A stretch of 64,000 bases of DNA from contig JAVRCV020000032.1 in NCBI GenBank assembly GCA_034530615.2, positions 1 to 64,000 on the forward strand. Reading direction: 5' to 3'. Made by a program: the position numbers and the translations under genes. Positions 39,661 through 51,000 of the stretch are shown here, one piece after another (position 1 is the stretch's first letter; each line of letters opens with the position of its first letter). Source of the DNA: Aulosira sp. ZfuVER01. Its GTDB lineage: Bacteria; Cyanobacteriota; Cyanobacteriia; Cyanobacteriales; Nostocaceae. Below the pieces are notes generated by a model, which saw only the letters and a program-made list of their open reading frames with translations, made no database searches and was not told the DNA's origin.

Positions 39661-42429
39661 ATGATATACAAGCACCATCAACAAAAGCTGTTGAGATGGA
39701 TTGCATTGTTCCTAGTTGGGACAGTGCTGCAATTGTTCTTTTACATCCCGACACCAGTCTTATCCCAAAATTCTAGTAGTTGTAGCAATATTACTGCCCC
39801 GCTCACGCCCGAAGAACAAACTTATGCTCGTGCGGCTTGGCAATATTTTGTCAAAAATTATCAGCCAGCGACAGGATTTACTAATTCTACTGGGGGTTAT
39901 CCTTCGGGTACGCTTTGGGATATGGGGAATTACTTGATGGCGTTGAATGCGGCGCGATCGCTAAATCTCACAGATCAAGCAGACTTTGATGGGCGTCTCA
40001 ACAAGTTTTTGACGACTCTCAGCAGCCTAAAGCTGTTTGAAGATGCCTTACCTAATAAAGTCTACAACGCAGCCACCGGACAAATGGTTGATTATGGTAA
40101 CAATCCCAACGAACGGGGGATTGGCTGGTCTGCTTTAGATGTAGGTCGGATACTAGCGGCGTTTGATGTGATTCGTACTTGTCACCCGCAATATAATGAT
40201 TGGCTCAAAGGAATTGTAGCCAAGTGGCAAGTAGGGCGATCGCTCAAAGATGAACAACTTTACGGTGCTATGGTTCTCCCAGATAAAAAAACATTACTAG
40301 TACAAGAAGGACGACTCGGCTACGAAGAATACGGCGCTAGAGGTTATCAACTTTGGGGTTTTTCTGCACCAAAAGCTCTTGCCTTGCAACCATATAAGAT
40401 GGTTGAAGTTAACGGTGTGCAAATTCCTGTTGATACTCGCGATTTCCAAAGCACCAACGCAAATAATTATGTTGTTAGTGAATCTTATATTCTTGATGGT
40501 ATTGAATTTGGCTTGCAAGGTGAGTTAGCAGATTTTGCAGCTAGAGTTTTAGATGTGCAGAAGCGGAGGTACGATGCTACAGGTCAGTTGACTGCGGTAA
40601 CAGAAGACAACATCGACCAACCACCTTATTTTCTTTACAATACTGTTTACTCTAACGGTAATGCCTGGGCGACAATTACAGACGAAAACAAACCTTACCC
40701 CCAGTTTCGCAGTCTTAGTACAAAAGCAGCTTTTGGCTGGCGTTATCTTTTTCCAGATAATGCTTATGCGCAAAAGATTTTTGATGCAGTTAAGGATCTT
40801 CGCAGTCCTAATAATGATGGTTACTACGCTGGCATTTATGAAGAATCGAAGCAGCCGAATAAAGCTTTAACTGGCAATACCAACGGGTTAATTTTAGAAA
40901 TTCTGTACTACAAAGCTAGAGGAAATCGGCCTTTAATTGCCTCTGCTGCTACCAGTACACCAACTAAACCGCCTAGCAATCATACTTCTGCAACTCCACC
41001 AAATTCTAGTGTTCCGGCTCCACCTCCTGCGGATACTTCTAAGGTTGATGAGGTGGCTGTCGCACCCATTCCACCAGTTGGTAATCCAGAGTCATCGTCT
41101 AACTTAAAACTAACTCGACCTTTAACAGTAGTTGAACGTCGCTATGCAGAAGCCGCATGGAGATATTTTCAAGCAAATTATCATTCTAAAAGTGGGCTGA
41201 TAGACGATCGCAGTGATTTTAAAGGTGCAACTCTTTGGGGATTAGGAGATTATTTAGCAGCATTACACGCAGCGCGATCGCTTGATATTATTTCTGCGAA
41301 AGAATTTGACCAGCGCACCCGCCATTTGTTAGCAGCTTTAGGTAAACTGCCGTTATTTGCAGGGGAGTTACCAAATCGAGGATACGATACGCGATCGCTC
41401 CAAGCAATAGATTATGGCGGAAATCCTGTTCCCGACGGTAACGGCTGGTCAGCTTTAGATTTAGGTAGGATGCTGGCAGCACTTTACAACTTAAAAAGCC
41501 ATCATCCAGAATACGCCGCAGCCGTCGATCGAGTTGTCTTAGATTGGTCATACCTGCGGGTAGTGCGGGATGGTATTTTATCCAGTACTACAACCGCCAA
41601 AGATCAAGAAGGACGTACCCTTACCCGCGTCAACCCGGAAACCCGCTTAGGGTATGAAGAATATGCCGCGCGTGCTTTTCAATTATGGGGTTTTGATGTT
41701 GAGGGTTCGGCTGTTGGCGGTGAATATAAAACTGCTTTGGTGGAGGGAGTGAAAGTACCAATCCAGCGTCAGCGAACTGATACGAATTCCCAAGTTAATC
41801 AATATACAGTCAGCAATCCTTTCTTACTTTATGCGTTGGAATTTGGCTTAGATCCAAAAATGCGATCGCTCTTTGAGCCAATTTTTCAAGCACAAGCCGA
41901 ACGTTACCGTCATACCGGAACCCTGACAGCCTCAGCTACTACCCTAATAGACCGCAAGCCTTACACTGTTCACAGCGCAATTACTGCCAAAGATGAACCT
42001 TGGATCGCTGTAGGAGATGATGGGCAAACTGTACCGAAAGCGCGAATGGTGAGTACAGCAGTAGCTTTTGCTTATCATGCCTTACTTCCAGAACATCAAT
42101 ATAGTCAGAAGTTATTCCCAGCAACGACTGATTTATATAACCCACTGACAGGTTATTATGAAGGCTTTTATGAAACCACAGGTAAAACAGCAGTTGGTTT
42201 CACAGGCAGCACCAACAGCATGATATTGCAATCGTTGCTATATACAGTCATGAATCGCCAACCTTTAATTCGTCCTACTGCAATGAAATCTCCCTGGTGG
42301 GAGGCTGTAGCGCAAGGAAATTCTGGTCGCGGTTTACCCAGAATTCCCCAGTCAACAGCTAAGTTAATTTCTGATAGTAATGGCAGTTACTGGGTTTCTA
42401 GTAGCGAAAATCGGAGAGTTGCAAAATAG
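39661..42429 (+). CDS. Secreted protein with two DUF3131-like domains
   Basis: Signal peptide; two repeats of AW.YF..NY, LW, LPN..Y, WSALD.GR, RLGYEEY joined by a Pro/Ser/Thr linker. Confidence 0.85.
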   Translation: MIYKHHQQKLLRWIALFLVGTVLQLFFYIPTPVLSQNSSSCSNITAPLTPEEQTYARAAWQYFVKNYQPATGFTNSTGGYPSGTLWDMGNYLMALNAARSLNLTDQADFDGRLNKFLTTLSSLKLFEDALPNKVYNAATGQMVDYGNNPNERGIGWSALDVGRILAAFDVIRTCHPQYNDWLKGIVAKWQVGRSLKDEQLYGAMVLPDKKTLLVQEGRLGYEEYGARGYQLWGFSAPKALALQPYKMVEVNGVQIPVDTRDFQSTNANNYVVSESYILDGIEFGLQGELADFAARVLDVQKRRYDATGQLTAVTEDNIDQPPYFLYNTVYSNGNAWATITDENKPYPQFRSLSTKAAFGWRYLFPDNAYAQKIFDAVKDLRSPNNDGYYAGIYEESKQPNKALTGNTNGLILEILYYKARGNRPLIASAATSTPTKPPSNHTSATPPNSSVPAPPPADTSKVDEVAVAPIPPVGNPESSSNLKLTRPLTVVERRYAEAAWRYFQANYHSKSGLIDDRSDFKGATLWGLGDYLAALHAARSLDIISAKEFDQRTRHLLAALGKLPLFAGELPNRGYDTRSLQAIDYGGNPVPDGNGWSALDLGRMLAALYNLKSHHPEYAAAVDRVVLDWSYLRVVRDGILSSTTTAKDQEGRTLTRVNPETRLGYEEYAARAFQLWGFDVEGSAVGGEYKTALVEGVKVPIQRQRTDTNSQVNQYTVSNPFLLYALEFGLDPKMRSLFEPIFQAQAERYRHTGTLTASATTLIDRKPYTVHSAITAKDEPWIAVGDDGQTVPKARMVSTAVAFAYHALLPEHQYSQKLFPATTDLYNPLTGYYEGFYETTGKTAVGFTGSTNSMILQSLLYTVMNRQPLIRPTAMKSPWWEAVAQGNSGRGLPRIPQSTAKLISDSNGSYWVSSSENRRVAK

Positions 42430-42453
42430 ATCTTGCAAAAATCTAAGTAAGAA

Positions 42454-42599
42454 TAGACCTTTTGCACGAATGCGAAATTTGCCCTCATCCCCCAACCCCT
42501 TCTCCCAAATTGGGAGAAGGGGAGTAAATTTCAAAGTCCCTCTCCCAATCATGGGAGAGGGATTTAGGGTGAGGGCGATTGATTTATGCAAGAAGTCTA
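42454..42599. mobile_element. MITE-like element with imperfect TIRs and internal cruciform
   Basis: TAGACCTTTTGCA...TGCAAGAAGTCTA; internal CCCCTTCTCCC/GGGAGAAGGGG and CCCTCTCCC/GGGAGAGGG hairpins. Confidence 0.7.
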
Positions 42600-42674
42600 A
42601 TAAAAAAACCACAGATAAACATCAGTGTTCATCGGTGTTTATCTGTGGTTCAATATCCAAAATATTTACTAATG

Positions 42675-43322
42675 CTACTTTGCTAAACGCTGCTTCCGTT
42701 TCAACAGCATACCGCCGCCCAGTGCCACACCTATACCTAAGATGGTAGAGGGTTCGGGAACTTGGGCAACTTGAAAATCTAATTGATATTTTTCGATACC
42801 TTTGGTAGTTTCCTGAATCCAGAAAGTATACGTTCCTTCTGTCAGCACACCGCTAGGGAAGCCGACAAAAGAAAATCCCCGGATCGGATCTGCTTTACCC
42901 AAATCGTCTAAGACATTATCGCCAACACGTTTTCCTGGTTCTGCACCAATCGTAGCTGCACCAAGTAATGGAGGATTGTTATCGGTAACAGTGGTATTTT
43001 CAATCAGTGAACCTGCTTGTACTCCGAAAAATCCTTGATTGATCTGATCGTCATCTCGTCCCTGATAGTCAGCCAAAAGAATTTGGTTGAGTAGATAACC
43101 AGAGGGAATATTGATGGAAAAGAAATCTCGGTCAAGATTTGGGTTACCTGTTGTCGAGCCAATGATGAGGTTGGAACCAGTAGATAGGTTAAGTTTTGTT
43201 GGATTTAAGTTATCGCTAGAGAAGTCACCCTGAGAAGCTTCATTAAATGCAATGTTTGCTGCGTAGGCGTTCGGAGCAAATGCCAACATAGCCACTAACC
43301 CTAACACTAAGCTTTTCATCAA
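42675..43322 (-). CDS. PEP-CTERM sorting-domain surface protein
   Basis: Signal peptide (AYA), C-terminal VPEPST + TM + KRKQR. Confidence 0.92.
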   Translation of the reverse strand: MMKSLVLGLVAMLAFAPNAYAANIAFNEASQGDFSSDNLNPTKLNLSTGSNLIIGSTTGNPNLDRDFFSINIPSGYLLNQILLADYQGRDDDQINQGFFGVQAGSLIENTTVTDNNPPLLGAATIGAEPGKRVGDNVLDDLGKADPIRGFSFVGFPSGVLTEGTYTFWIQETTKGIEKYQLDFQVAQVPEPSTILGIGVALGGGMLLKRKQRLAK

Positions 43323-43658
43323 TTTACCTCTGTTTTAGGGGAAATCAGGTAATCGATACTCACTAACATCGATTCTCATTAATTATCCAATGTTCTCTAC
43401 TCCTAATCTTTTTTTATGAGGACATACCATAGAAGATTACACCCTTAAACTCACTTATCCATAAAGCCATTTGCCCTAGGTTGTTAGTTATGAATTTCAC
43501 TAGGGAATACTTAATTTTGAGTCAACGTAGATGATGGCAATCGCGATCGCAGCAATAACAAGTGTGCAAGCTCAAAAACCAATAGTTGTAGGAGGTAAAA
43601 AATAGTATCTGTTTATGGTTATTAAGTTAACTACTATAAATTTATTATTGGTTACACA

Positions 43659-45629
43659 ATGGCTTCTATATTTATTGATAATTCCCCAAATTTTTCGGGC
43701 AACAGCCGTTCAATTTTAAAAAAAAGAACACTATTATTTCGCTACTTAGCAGAAATAAATTTAATTTTTGGGATCTGGTATTTACAATGGCGCATCACTC
43801 ATTCAATCAATTTTGATGCGCTGTGGCTCTCGATACCCTTGCTATTAGCAGAAATCTATAGCTATTTTGGTGGTGTAATGTTTGTTATCGGGTTGTGGCG
43901 GCCTTTAGTTAGGCAGATTAAGTCACTCGATCTGATGACTCCACCTTTGCCAAAATCCGACTGGCCTAGTGTAGATGTATTTATCACTTGTTACAACGAA
44001 CCGCCGGAAATAGTAGAACAAACTGCTCAGGCGGCTCTAGCAATAGATTACCCTGCCAACAAATTGCGCGTTTATGTGCTAGATGATGGTAATTCTGCGG
44101 CTATGAGAGCCATGACAGAGAAGTTGTGTATTGCAGATTTGCAAACACCACTACTACAGCAAGAAGTTCATCGAATAGATGCAGAACGCTCTTTATTAGT
44201 AGAACGCCTGCAACAATTAGAAAATCTGACATCTAATACTCAAGCGGCCGAACAGTGGTTGCAAGAAAGTTTGGAAGAAAATACTGTCGGCTCGTTTGTC
44301 CAAAGTCTGCGAGAGTTGATTCTTTGGCTACCTCCCACTCATCAAAGTATAAGCGATCGCCTCAAAACTGAAAGGCAAGCTTTAGAAGCAGCTATTCATC
44401 AAAAAGAATTGGAATTAGTTGAACTGGCTCGATTCCGTTACATTGCTCGTCCCAAACCTGCTGGCGTACCCCACCACGCTAAAGCAGGCAATCTCAATTA
44501 TGCAATGTTCTCTGGCGAAACTTCTGGAGAATTTATTTTAACTTTAGACGCAGACCATATACCCAAACCACAATTTCTCAAACGAGTTTTGCCATATTTC
44601 TACAACTACAATCTGTTCACAGGTAAATATGAGCAAAATCGTATTGCTTTTGTCCAGACACCCCAAGATTTTTATAATATTCCTGCGGGCGATCCTTTTG
44701 GACATCGAGCAAGTTTATTTTATGGGCCGCTGCAACAAGGCAAAGATGGCATGAATGCCGCTTTTTATACAGGAACAAATGCGATTCTTCGCCGAGAAGC
44801 ATTAATTAATGTTGGATTACAATATTTTGCTGATGATTTTGCCAAAGATGAAAAACGCTTAGATGAATTTCAGTTAGTAGGTGGCGTATCCAGCAACAGT
44901 ATTACAGAAGATATGAATACAGCCATGCGTCTACATGGTGCTGGTTGGAAATCTATTTATCACAACGAACTTTTGGCAGAAGGTTTAGCACCGGATGACC
45001 TCAGTTCTACTTTGAAACAACGATTACGTTGGGCGCAAGGAACTATCCAAGTACTACTGCGAGAAAATCCCCTCACAAAATCAGGGCTAACATTTTGGCA
45101 ACGTCTGCAATATTTTAAGACGATGTATAGTTATTTTTCTGGTTTTGCTACTCTAATTTTTATTGCTTGCCCAATTATTTACTTTTTTACAGAAATTGTT
45201 CCAGTTAAAACCTATGGCTCTGATTTTGCTCTACACTTTTTCCCAGCATTTATTATTAATCGCCTGACATTTTTAGCAGCTACTTGGGGAATTCCTGCTA
45301 GTGAAGTTTGGCGCTCTGAACAATATGCGATCGCATTATTTCCTTTGTTAATCCAAGCTGTTTGGAGTGTATTTACAGGACAAAAAATAAACTTTCAAGT
45401 TACACCCAAACAAAGGCAAGCGGGAATTTATTTGCGGCTAGTTTGGCCGCAACTAGTTATATTTAGCTTGACAATATTAGGAATACTTTGGAGCGTTTAC
45501 CGCTTTGCCATTGGTCATCTTCACAATCCTTGGGTTCACTTACTCAATAGTGCTTGGGCTGTTTATAATTTACTGCTTTTGTGGGCTATTATTCGTGCAT
45601 CTGTTTGGCAGCCTGCAAAGGAGTCATAA
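43659..45629 (+). CDS. Cellulose-synthase-like processive GT2 (no PilZ, coiled-coil insertion)
   Basis: YNEP, DDG, HAKAGNLN, DADH, QTPQ, TED, QRLRW, FQVTPK; TM helices at both ends. Confidence 0.92.
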   Translation: MASIFIDNSPNFSGNSRSILKKRTLLFRYLAEINLIFGIWYLQWRITHSINFDALWLSIPLLLAEIYSYFGGVMFVIGLWRPLVRQIKSLDLMTPPLPKSDWPSVDVFITCYNEPPEIVEQTAQAALAIDYPANKLRVYVLDDGNSAAMRAMTEKLCIADLQTPLLQQEVHRIDAERSLLVERLQQLENLTSNTQAAEQWLQESLEENTVGSFVQSLRELILWLPPTHQSISDRLKTERQALEAAIHQKELELVELARFRYIARPKPAGVPHHAKAGNLNYAMFSGETSGEFILTLDADHIPKPQFLKRVLPYFYNYNLFTGKYEQNRIAFVQTPQDFYNIPAGDPFGHRASLFYGPLQQGKDGMNAAFYTGTNAILRREALINVGLQYFADDFAKDEKRLDEFQLVGGVSSNSITEDMNTAMRLHGAGWKSIYHNELLAEGLAPDDLSSTLKQRLRWAQGTIQVLLRENPLTKSGLTFWQRLQYFKTMYSYFSGFATLIFIACPIIYFFTEIVPVKTYGSDFALHFFPAFIINRLTFLAATWGIPASEVWRSEQYAIALFPLLIQAVWSVFTGQKINFQVTPKQRQAGIYLRLVWPQLVIFSLTILGILWSVYRFAIGHLHNPWVHLLNSAWAVYNLLLLWAIIRASVWQPAKES

Positions 45630-45636
45630 AATATAC

Positions 45637-45669
45637 AGATCTCCGACTTCTTAAAGAGGTCGAGGATCT
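45637..45669. repeat. Palindromic short dispersed repeat / possible terminator
   Basis: AGATCTCCGACTTCT-TAA-AGAGGTCGAGGATCT. Confidence 0.65.
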
Positions 45670-45769
45670 AATAGCACCTTATTTCCGAATTAAGATAACT
45701 TGCCGTTTCAATTTACAAATGCCAAAATATAAAGTATAAATTTTGACGTACTAATAAGGTAAATAATTT

Positions 45770-46099
45770 ATGCCTGCAAACATGAGAACAATTGAATTGA
45801 CTGGAATATTAGATGGAATTAAAGGTAATGAATTACGTCGTGAAATTAACGATAGTTTAGCTGACGGGATTGATATTTTATTAATAGATATGAAAGCAGT
45901 TAGCTTTGTCAATAGTTCAGGTTTAGGTTCTTTAGTATCAGCAATGCAAGTAGTACGTAATGCTAATGCTAAACTTTTCCTCTGTTCTATTAATGACCAA
46001 GTTAGGATGTTATTTGAGCTTACAAAACTGGACAGAATTTTTCAAACATTTGTCGATAAAGATGACTTCAATCGTCAGTTTTTAGCTGCAACAGAGTAA
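45770..46099 (+). CDS. STAS anti-anti-sigma factor (RsbV/SpoIIAA-like)
   Basis: LIDMKAVSFVNSSGLGSL with phospho-acceptor Ser; LFELTKLD. Confidence 0.92.
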   Translation: MPANMRTIELTGILDGIKGNELRREINDSLADGIDILLIDMKAVSFVNSSGLGSLVSAMQVVRNANAKLFLCSINDQVRMLFELTKLDRIFQTFVDKDDFNRQFLAATE

Positions 46100-46105
46100 G
46101 TGAGT

Positions 46106-47296
46106 TTAATTAAAGAATATTTTTAACAACGAAAAATCATCTTCCAGATTTTGTTGGTGATTTAATGCCATAATCTGTTCTAAAACAAGATTTAGATAAC
46201 AGTTATTGACATTGCTATATTTGATTAGTAAATCAATAAAAGCATCAACTCCCCAAATCTTTCCATCTGGCTGACTTATTTCATAAACTCCATCACTAAA
46301 GATGTAGAGAGTGCTGTCTTGTTCAATATCAAATACAGCATCCTCAAAATCAACATCAGGTAAAAAGCCTATTGGTAAATCTAGAGAACTGAGTTTTCTA
46401 ACTTGAAAGCTGGTTGCAGATGTACCAGATAAAAGTAAAGCTGGAGGATGTCCGGCGTTAGCGTAAACAAGTTGGCGTTTGACGCGGTGATAAACTCCAT
46501 ACCAAATTGTGAAGTATTTATCACCGTGATTTTTCATTTGAAAAGCATGATTAAGTGCTTTGAGAACTTCGCTAGGTTGGTAAAAGTTAGTGTTGGATAG
46601 GGATTGCGATCGCAAAATATTTAATACAGATACAGATAGCAAAGCAGAACCTACCCCATGTCCTGATACATCTAACAAATAAATTGCTAAATGCTCGTTA
46701 TCCAACCAGTAATAGTCGAAGCAATCACCGCCTAACTGTGCTGAGGGAACAAACAATGCTTCTGTAGTTACTGTTCCTTGAAGGGGCGAAGGTAAAAGCG
46801 ATCGCACATAATCAGCCGCCTCAGCCAATTCTGCCTCTAAAATTTGCTTTTGGGTTTGCAAATTCTGATTGAGTATTTCTAAAGCTTGTTTTTTACTTTG
46901 TAAATCTTGATTTAGTTGATATAACCTTAACCCTGCTCTTACTCTCGCCTTTAATTCACTCATTTGGATTGGCTTAGAAACAAACTCATCTGCTCCCGCA
47001 TCTAATCCTCTTACTCTATCTTCCTCCTCACCCGGAGCCGCGCCTTTAGCAGTCAGCAGAATAAAAAAAGTAGTAGCTAACTCTGGATCTGCCTTAATTT
47101 GACGACATACTTCTAATCCATCTAACTGTGACATCACCCAATCACAGATAATTAAAGCCGGACGTAGCAATCGAGCTTGTGCAATTCCTTCCTCTCCATT
47201 ACTAGCAACAGTAGTCTCATAACCCTGTTTTTGGAGAGTTCTATTTAGTGCGGCTCTAACAATCGGATCGTCATCAATAACTAAAATTTTTACCAT
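46106..47296 (-). CDS. Receiver-PP2C phosphatase (RsbU/SpoIIE-like)
   Basis: REC (VIDDD, ICDW, KP), coiled coil, GGDCFD, DVSGHG, NAGHPP, FSDG, DDFS. Confidence 0.94.
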   Translation of the reverse strand: MVKILVIDDDPIVRAALNRTLQKQGYETTVASNGEEGIAQARLLRPALIICDWVMSQLDGLEVCRQIKADPELATTFFILLTAKGAAPGEEEDRVRGLDAGADEFVSKPIQMSELKARVRAGLRLYQLNQDLQSKKQALEILNQNLQTQKQILEAELAEAADYVRSLLPSPLQGTVTTEALFVPSAQLGGDCFDYYWLDNEHLAIYLLDVSGHGVGSALLSVSVLNILRSQSLSNTNFYQPSEVLKALNHAFQMKNHGDKYFTIWYGVYHRVKRQLVYANAGHPPALLLSGTSATSFQVRKLSSLDLPIGFLPDVDFEDAVFDIEQDSTLYIFSDGVYEISQPDGKIWGVDAFIDLLIKYSNVNNCYLNLVLEQIMALNHQQNLEDDFSLLKIFFN

Positions 47297-47447
47297 AAAT
47301 CAGAAAGGTATCTAATACAATGAGAATTAAATAATTTCTTTATTTCAAATTACATATATTTTTGTGAATAATATATAGTAAAAATACGTAAATTAAATGA
47401 ATTAGTTTTCGATTATGATAAAACTAAATTTTTGAATACTTAATCAA

Positions 47448-47864
47448 GTGGATAATAAAATTTCTTTAAAAATCAATACAGATATTACAGCTTTATCTTC
47501 TGTTTTATCTTGGTTTGAGCAAATAAATCAACCGCCCATAACTAAACCAGAAATTTGGTGGCAATGCCAAACCTTACTGGCAGAAGGTTTTACTAATATT
47601 GTTGAACACGCCCACAAAAATTTATCAGCACAAACCCCTATTACTATAGAAGTTTGCCGTTATGCTCAATCTATAGAAATACGTATATTTTCTCAAGGTA
47701 AACCTTTCAATTTAGAAGAAAAATTACAAGAAGTATCTGAATTTGAAGAAAACAATCGAGAACGTGGACGTGGTTTAAAAATAATGTCAAGTCTCGCTGA
47801 CAAGTTAAGTTATGAACAGATAGCAGAAAATAGCTACTGTTTATTTATAAGTAAATTATATTAA
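47448..47864 (+). CDS. Anti-sigma factor / Ser kinase (RsbW-like)
   Basis: EGFTNIVEHA, ERGRGLKIM..LAD. Confidence 0.9.
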   Translation: MDNKISLKINTDITALSSVLSWFEQINQPPITKPEIWWQCQTLLAEGFTNIVEHAHKNLSAQTPITIEVCRYAQSIEIRIFSQGKPFNLEEKLQEVSEFEENNRERGRGLKIMSSLADKLSYEQIAENSYCLFISKLY

Positions 47865-48043
47865 TTTACTTGACTGTTTATTCGCATGAAAAATTAGACT
47901 AAACCATAAAATTATTAAAGTAAATAATAAGAAAAAATATATATTGTTAATGTTTGTTTACCATTAAAACAAAAATTTTAAAGCTAAAAATCTCTTGCCA
48001 TATCTATCTACTTAATTATTTTTTCTATAGATAAATCCTAAAA

Positions 48044-51000
48044 ATGACAGCACCATTACCTGATAACGAAGCACAGAGAATTGAAGCTCTTTTAGAATAC
48101 AAAGTTCTCGATACTCCATCTGAAGCAGCATTTGACGATCTCACACGTTTAGCATCATATATTTGTGGAACTCCCATTGCTTTAGTCAGTTTAGTTGAAA
48201 AAAATCGTCAGTGGTTTAAATCAAAAATTGGGCTAGATGCGCTAGAAACACCTAGAGATATAGCATTTTGCGCCCATGCAATTGTGCAATCTGATGTTTT
48301 TACTGTACCCGACGCTACAGCCGACGAAAGGTTTGCGGCAAATCCATTAGTTACCTCTGACCCTAATATTCGCTTTTATGCTGGTGTACCTTTAACTAAC
48401 CCTGAAGGCTATGCTTTAGGAACACTTTGCGTCATTGACTACGTACCGAGAAACCTCACCCCAGAACAAGTTGAAGCTTTAAAAATTCTCGGTCGCCAAG
48501 TTATTAAACAAATGGAACTACGACGTAATTTAGCAAATTTGGTACTTGTAACTAATCGACGTAAACAGGTAGAAAAGATACGTAAGCATTTTTTTAAAAG
48601 AGTTGCGGGTGGCTTTGGATTAGCATCAGTAATTTTAGTATTGATTGGCTTAGTTTCTTATCGCAGCACGACAGTTTTAATTAATAGCAATAACCAAGTT
48701 AAAACAACTCAAGAAACAATCAATAGTTTAGAAGCATTGCTATCCCATATCCAAGATGCTGAAACTGGGCAACGCGGTTACATCTTGACGGGACAAGAGC
48801 GTTATCTTAAACCTTATCAGGCTACACTTGCAGAAGTGGAGCAAGAAATTGAAAATCTGAGAAATTTAACAGCCGATAAATATCAACAACAACAAATTGA
48901 AGTACTCAAACCACTATTAGCCGCTAAACTTAACGAACTCAAGCAAACTATCGAGTTGCGTCAGCAAAAAGGATTTGATGCAGCATTGCAACTAATCCTC
49001 ACAGATCGGGGGAAAAACCTGATGGATGATATCCGCAAGGTTATCTCTGATATGGAACAGCAAGAAAGGAAGCTACTGCAACAGCGATCGCTAATTGTCA
49101 AAGCCAGTGCTAATAATACAATCTCGATCATAGCGATCGCTATCTGCTCAAGTTTTCTCACTCTGGGCGTAATTTACTATTTAATTTATCGTGAGTTCAC
49201 CCAGCGCAAGGTTGTAGAAGATACACTGCACGAAGAGCGGAACTTTATCTCAGCAGTGCTAGATACAGTCAGTGCTTTAGTTATAGTTCTCAACCCACAA
49301 GGACAAATTGTTCGCTTCAATCAAGCTTGCGAGCAAATAACTGGTTACTCCTTCGATGAAGTCAGGGATAGATATTTCTGGAATTTGTTTTTAGTTCCTG
49401 AAGAAGTAGAGCCAGTCAAAGCAATTTTTGAGAAATTAAGAGCAGGGCACATAACTCCCAACTCTCAAAACTATGAAAACTATTGGAAAACTAAAGATGG
49501 TAGCCTACGGCTGATTTCTTGGTCAAATACCATTCTTCAAGACTACGAAGGCTCTGTAGAATACCTTATTGGTACAGGTATAGACATCACCGAGAGCAAA
49601 CAAGCAGAAGTTGCATTGCGTGAAAGTAAACGTTTTGCTGAGAGTGTCACAGAAAACACCACCAGCATGATCTATGTATTAGACTTAGACACCTTAACAG
49701 GGGTTTATGCAAATAAAAACCTGGCCGAATTTGTAGGTTATAACCCAGAAGATGCTGCGAAAATAGGTGCAAACCTTTTACCGACTATTATTCATCCTGA
49801 CGATCTACAGATTAGGATGGTTTATTACCAGCAGTTCCCGAATATCCCAGACGGTGAAATAGTAGAATTTGAGCAACGAGTCAAGCACATCAATGGTGAG
49901 TGGCGTTGGCTTTGGCATCGTGAAACTGTTTTTAAACGTCGAGCAGATGGTACACCACATCAAGTTATGGGAACTGCTCAGGATATTACTGAGCGCAAAC
50001 GCGCCCAAAAACATCTCACAGCACAATATGCTATTACTCGCGTTTTAGCAGAATCTAATTCAATCTCCGAAGCCACTCCCCAAATACTCCAAGCAATTTG
50101 TGAAAGTTTGGGATGGGATGTGAGCGAAATTTGGATGGTAAACCAGCAAGCAAATGTACTTGATTTTCTTGATTTGTGGCATCGTGCATCTTTGGAAATG
50201 CAAGTGTTTAAAACACTGAGTCAAGAAATCACGTTTGCACCAGGAATCGGATTACCTGGCCATGTTTGGGCTAGTGGTGAACCTGTTTGGCTAATTGATG
50301 TCGTTAGCGATATTAACTTTTTGCGAAACCAGATTGCTCAACAAATAGGATTACATGGTGCTTTTGGTTTCCCAATTCGTAGCGAAAAGAAAATTCTTGG
50401 CGTAATTACCTGCTTCAGCCATCAGATTCAGCAATATGACCAAGATTTGGCAAAAATCATGAATTCTATTGGCGAATTAGTAGGGCAGTTTATTCAGCGC
50501 AAGCAGGCAAAAGAAGAATTGCAACGCCAAAACTTGCGATCGCAATTATTTACAGAAATCACCCTCAAAATTCGCCAATCTTTGCAAATTGAAGAAATTC
50601 TGCAAATCACTGTTACAGAAGTTCAAAAAATTCTTCAAACTGACCGAGTTTTAATTTATCAGCTGTCGCCAGATGGATGCGGAAGTATTTTGATTGAGGC
50701 AGTAGTTGCTGACTGGCCAGCAATTAAAGCACAAAATAGCGCTGACTCTTATCTGCAAACAGAATATCAGCAACAATACAGTCTACAACAGTACCGACAA
50801 AAGCAAATTGACGCGATCGCTGATTTGGATGCGATCGTTATTCAACAAAGTCATCTAGAATTCCTGCAAAAGCTTGGGGTTAAAGCCAATTTAGTCATCC
50901 CCATACTCGTCAAAGAAGAACTCTGCGGTTTGTTAATTGTCCATCAGTGTGCCTCTCCCCGCCAATGGTCAAGTTTTGAAACTCATCTTTTACGCCAAAT

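Noticed and set aside
42364..42748. 82-aa and 122-aa ORFs
   Set aside because: They span the MITE-like palindromic element and overlap real genes
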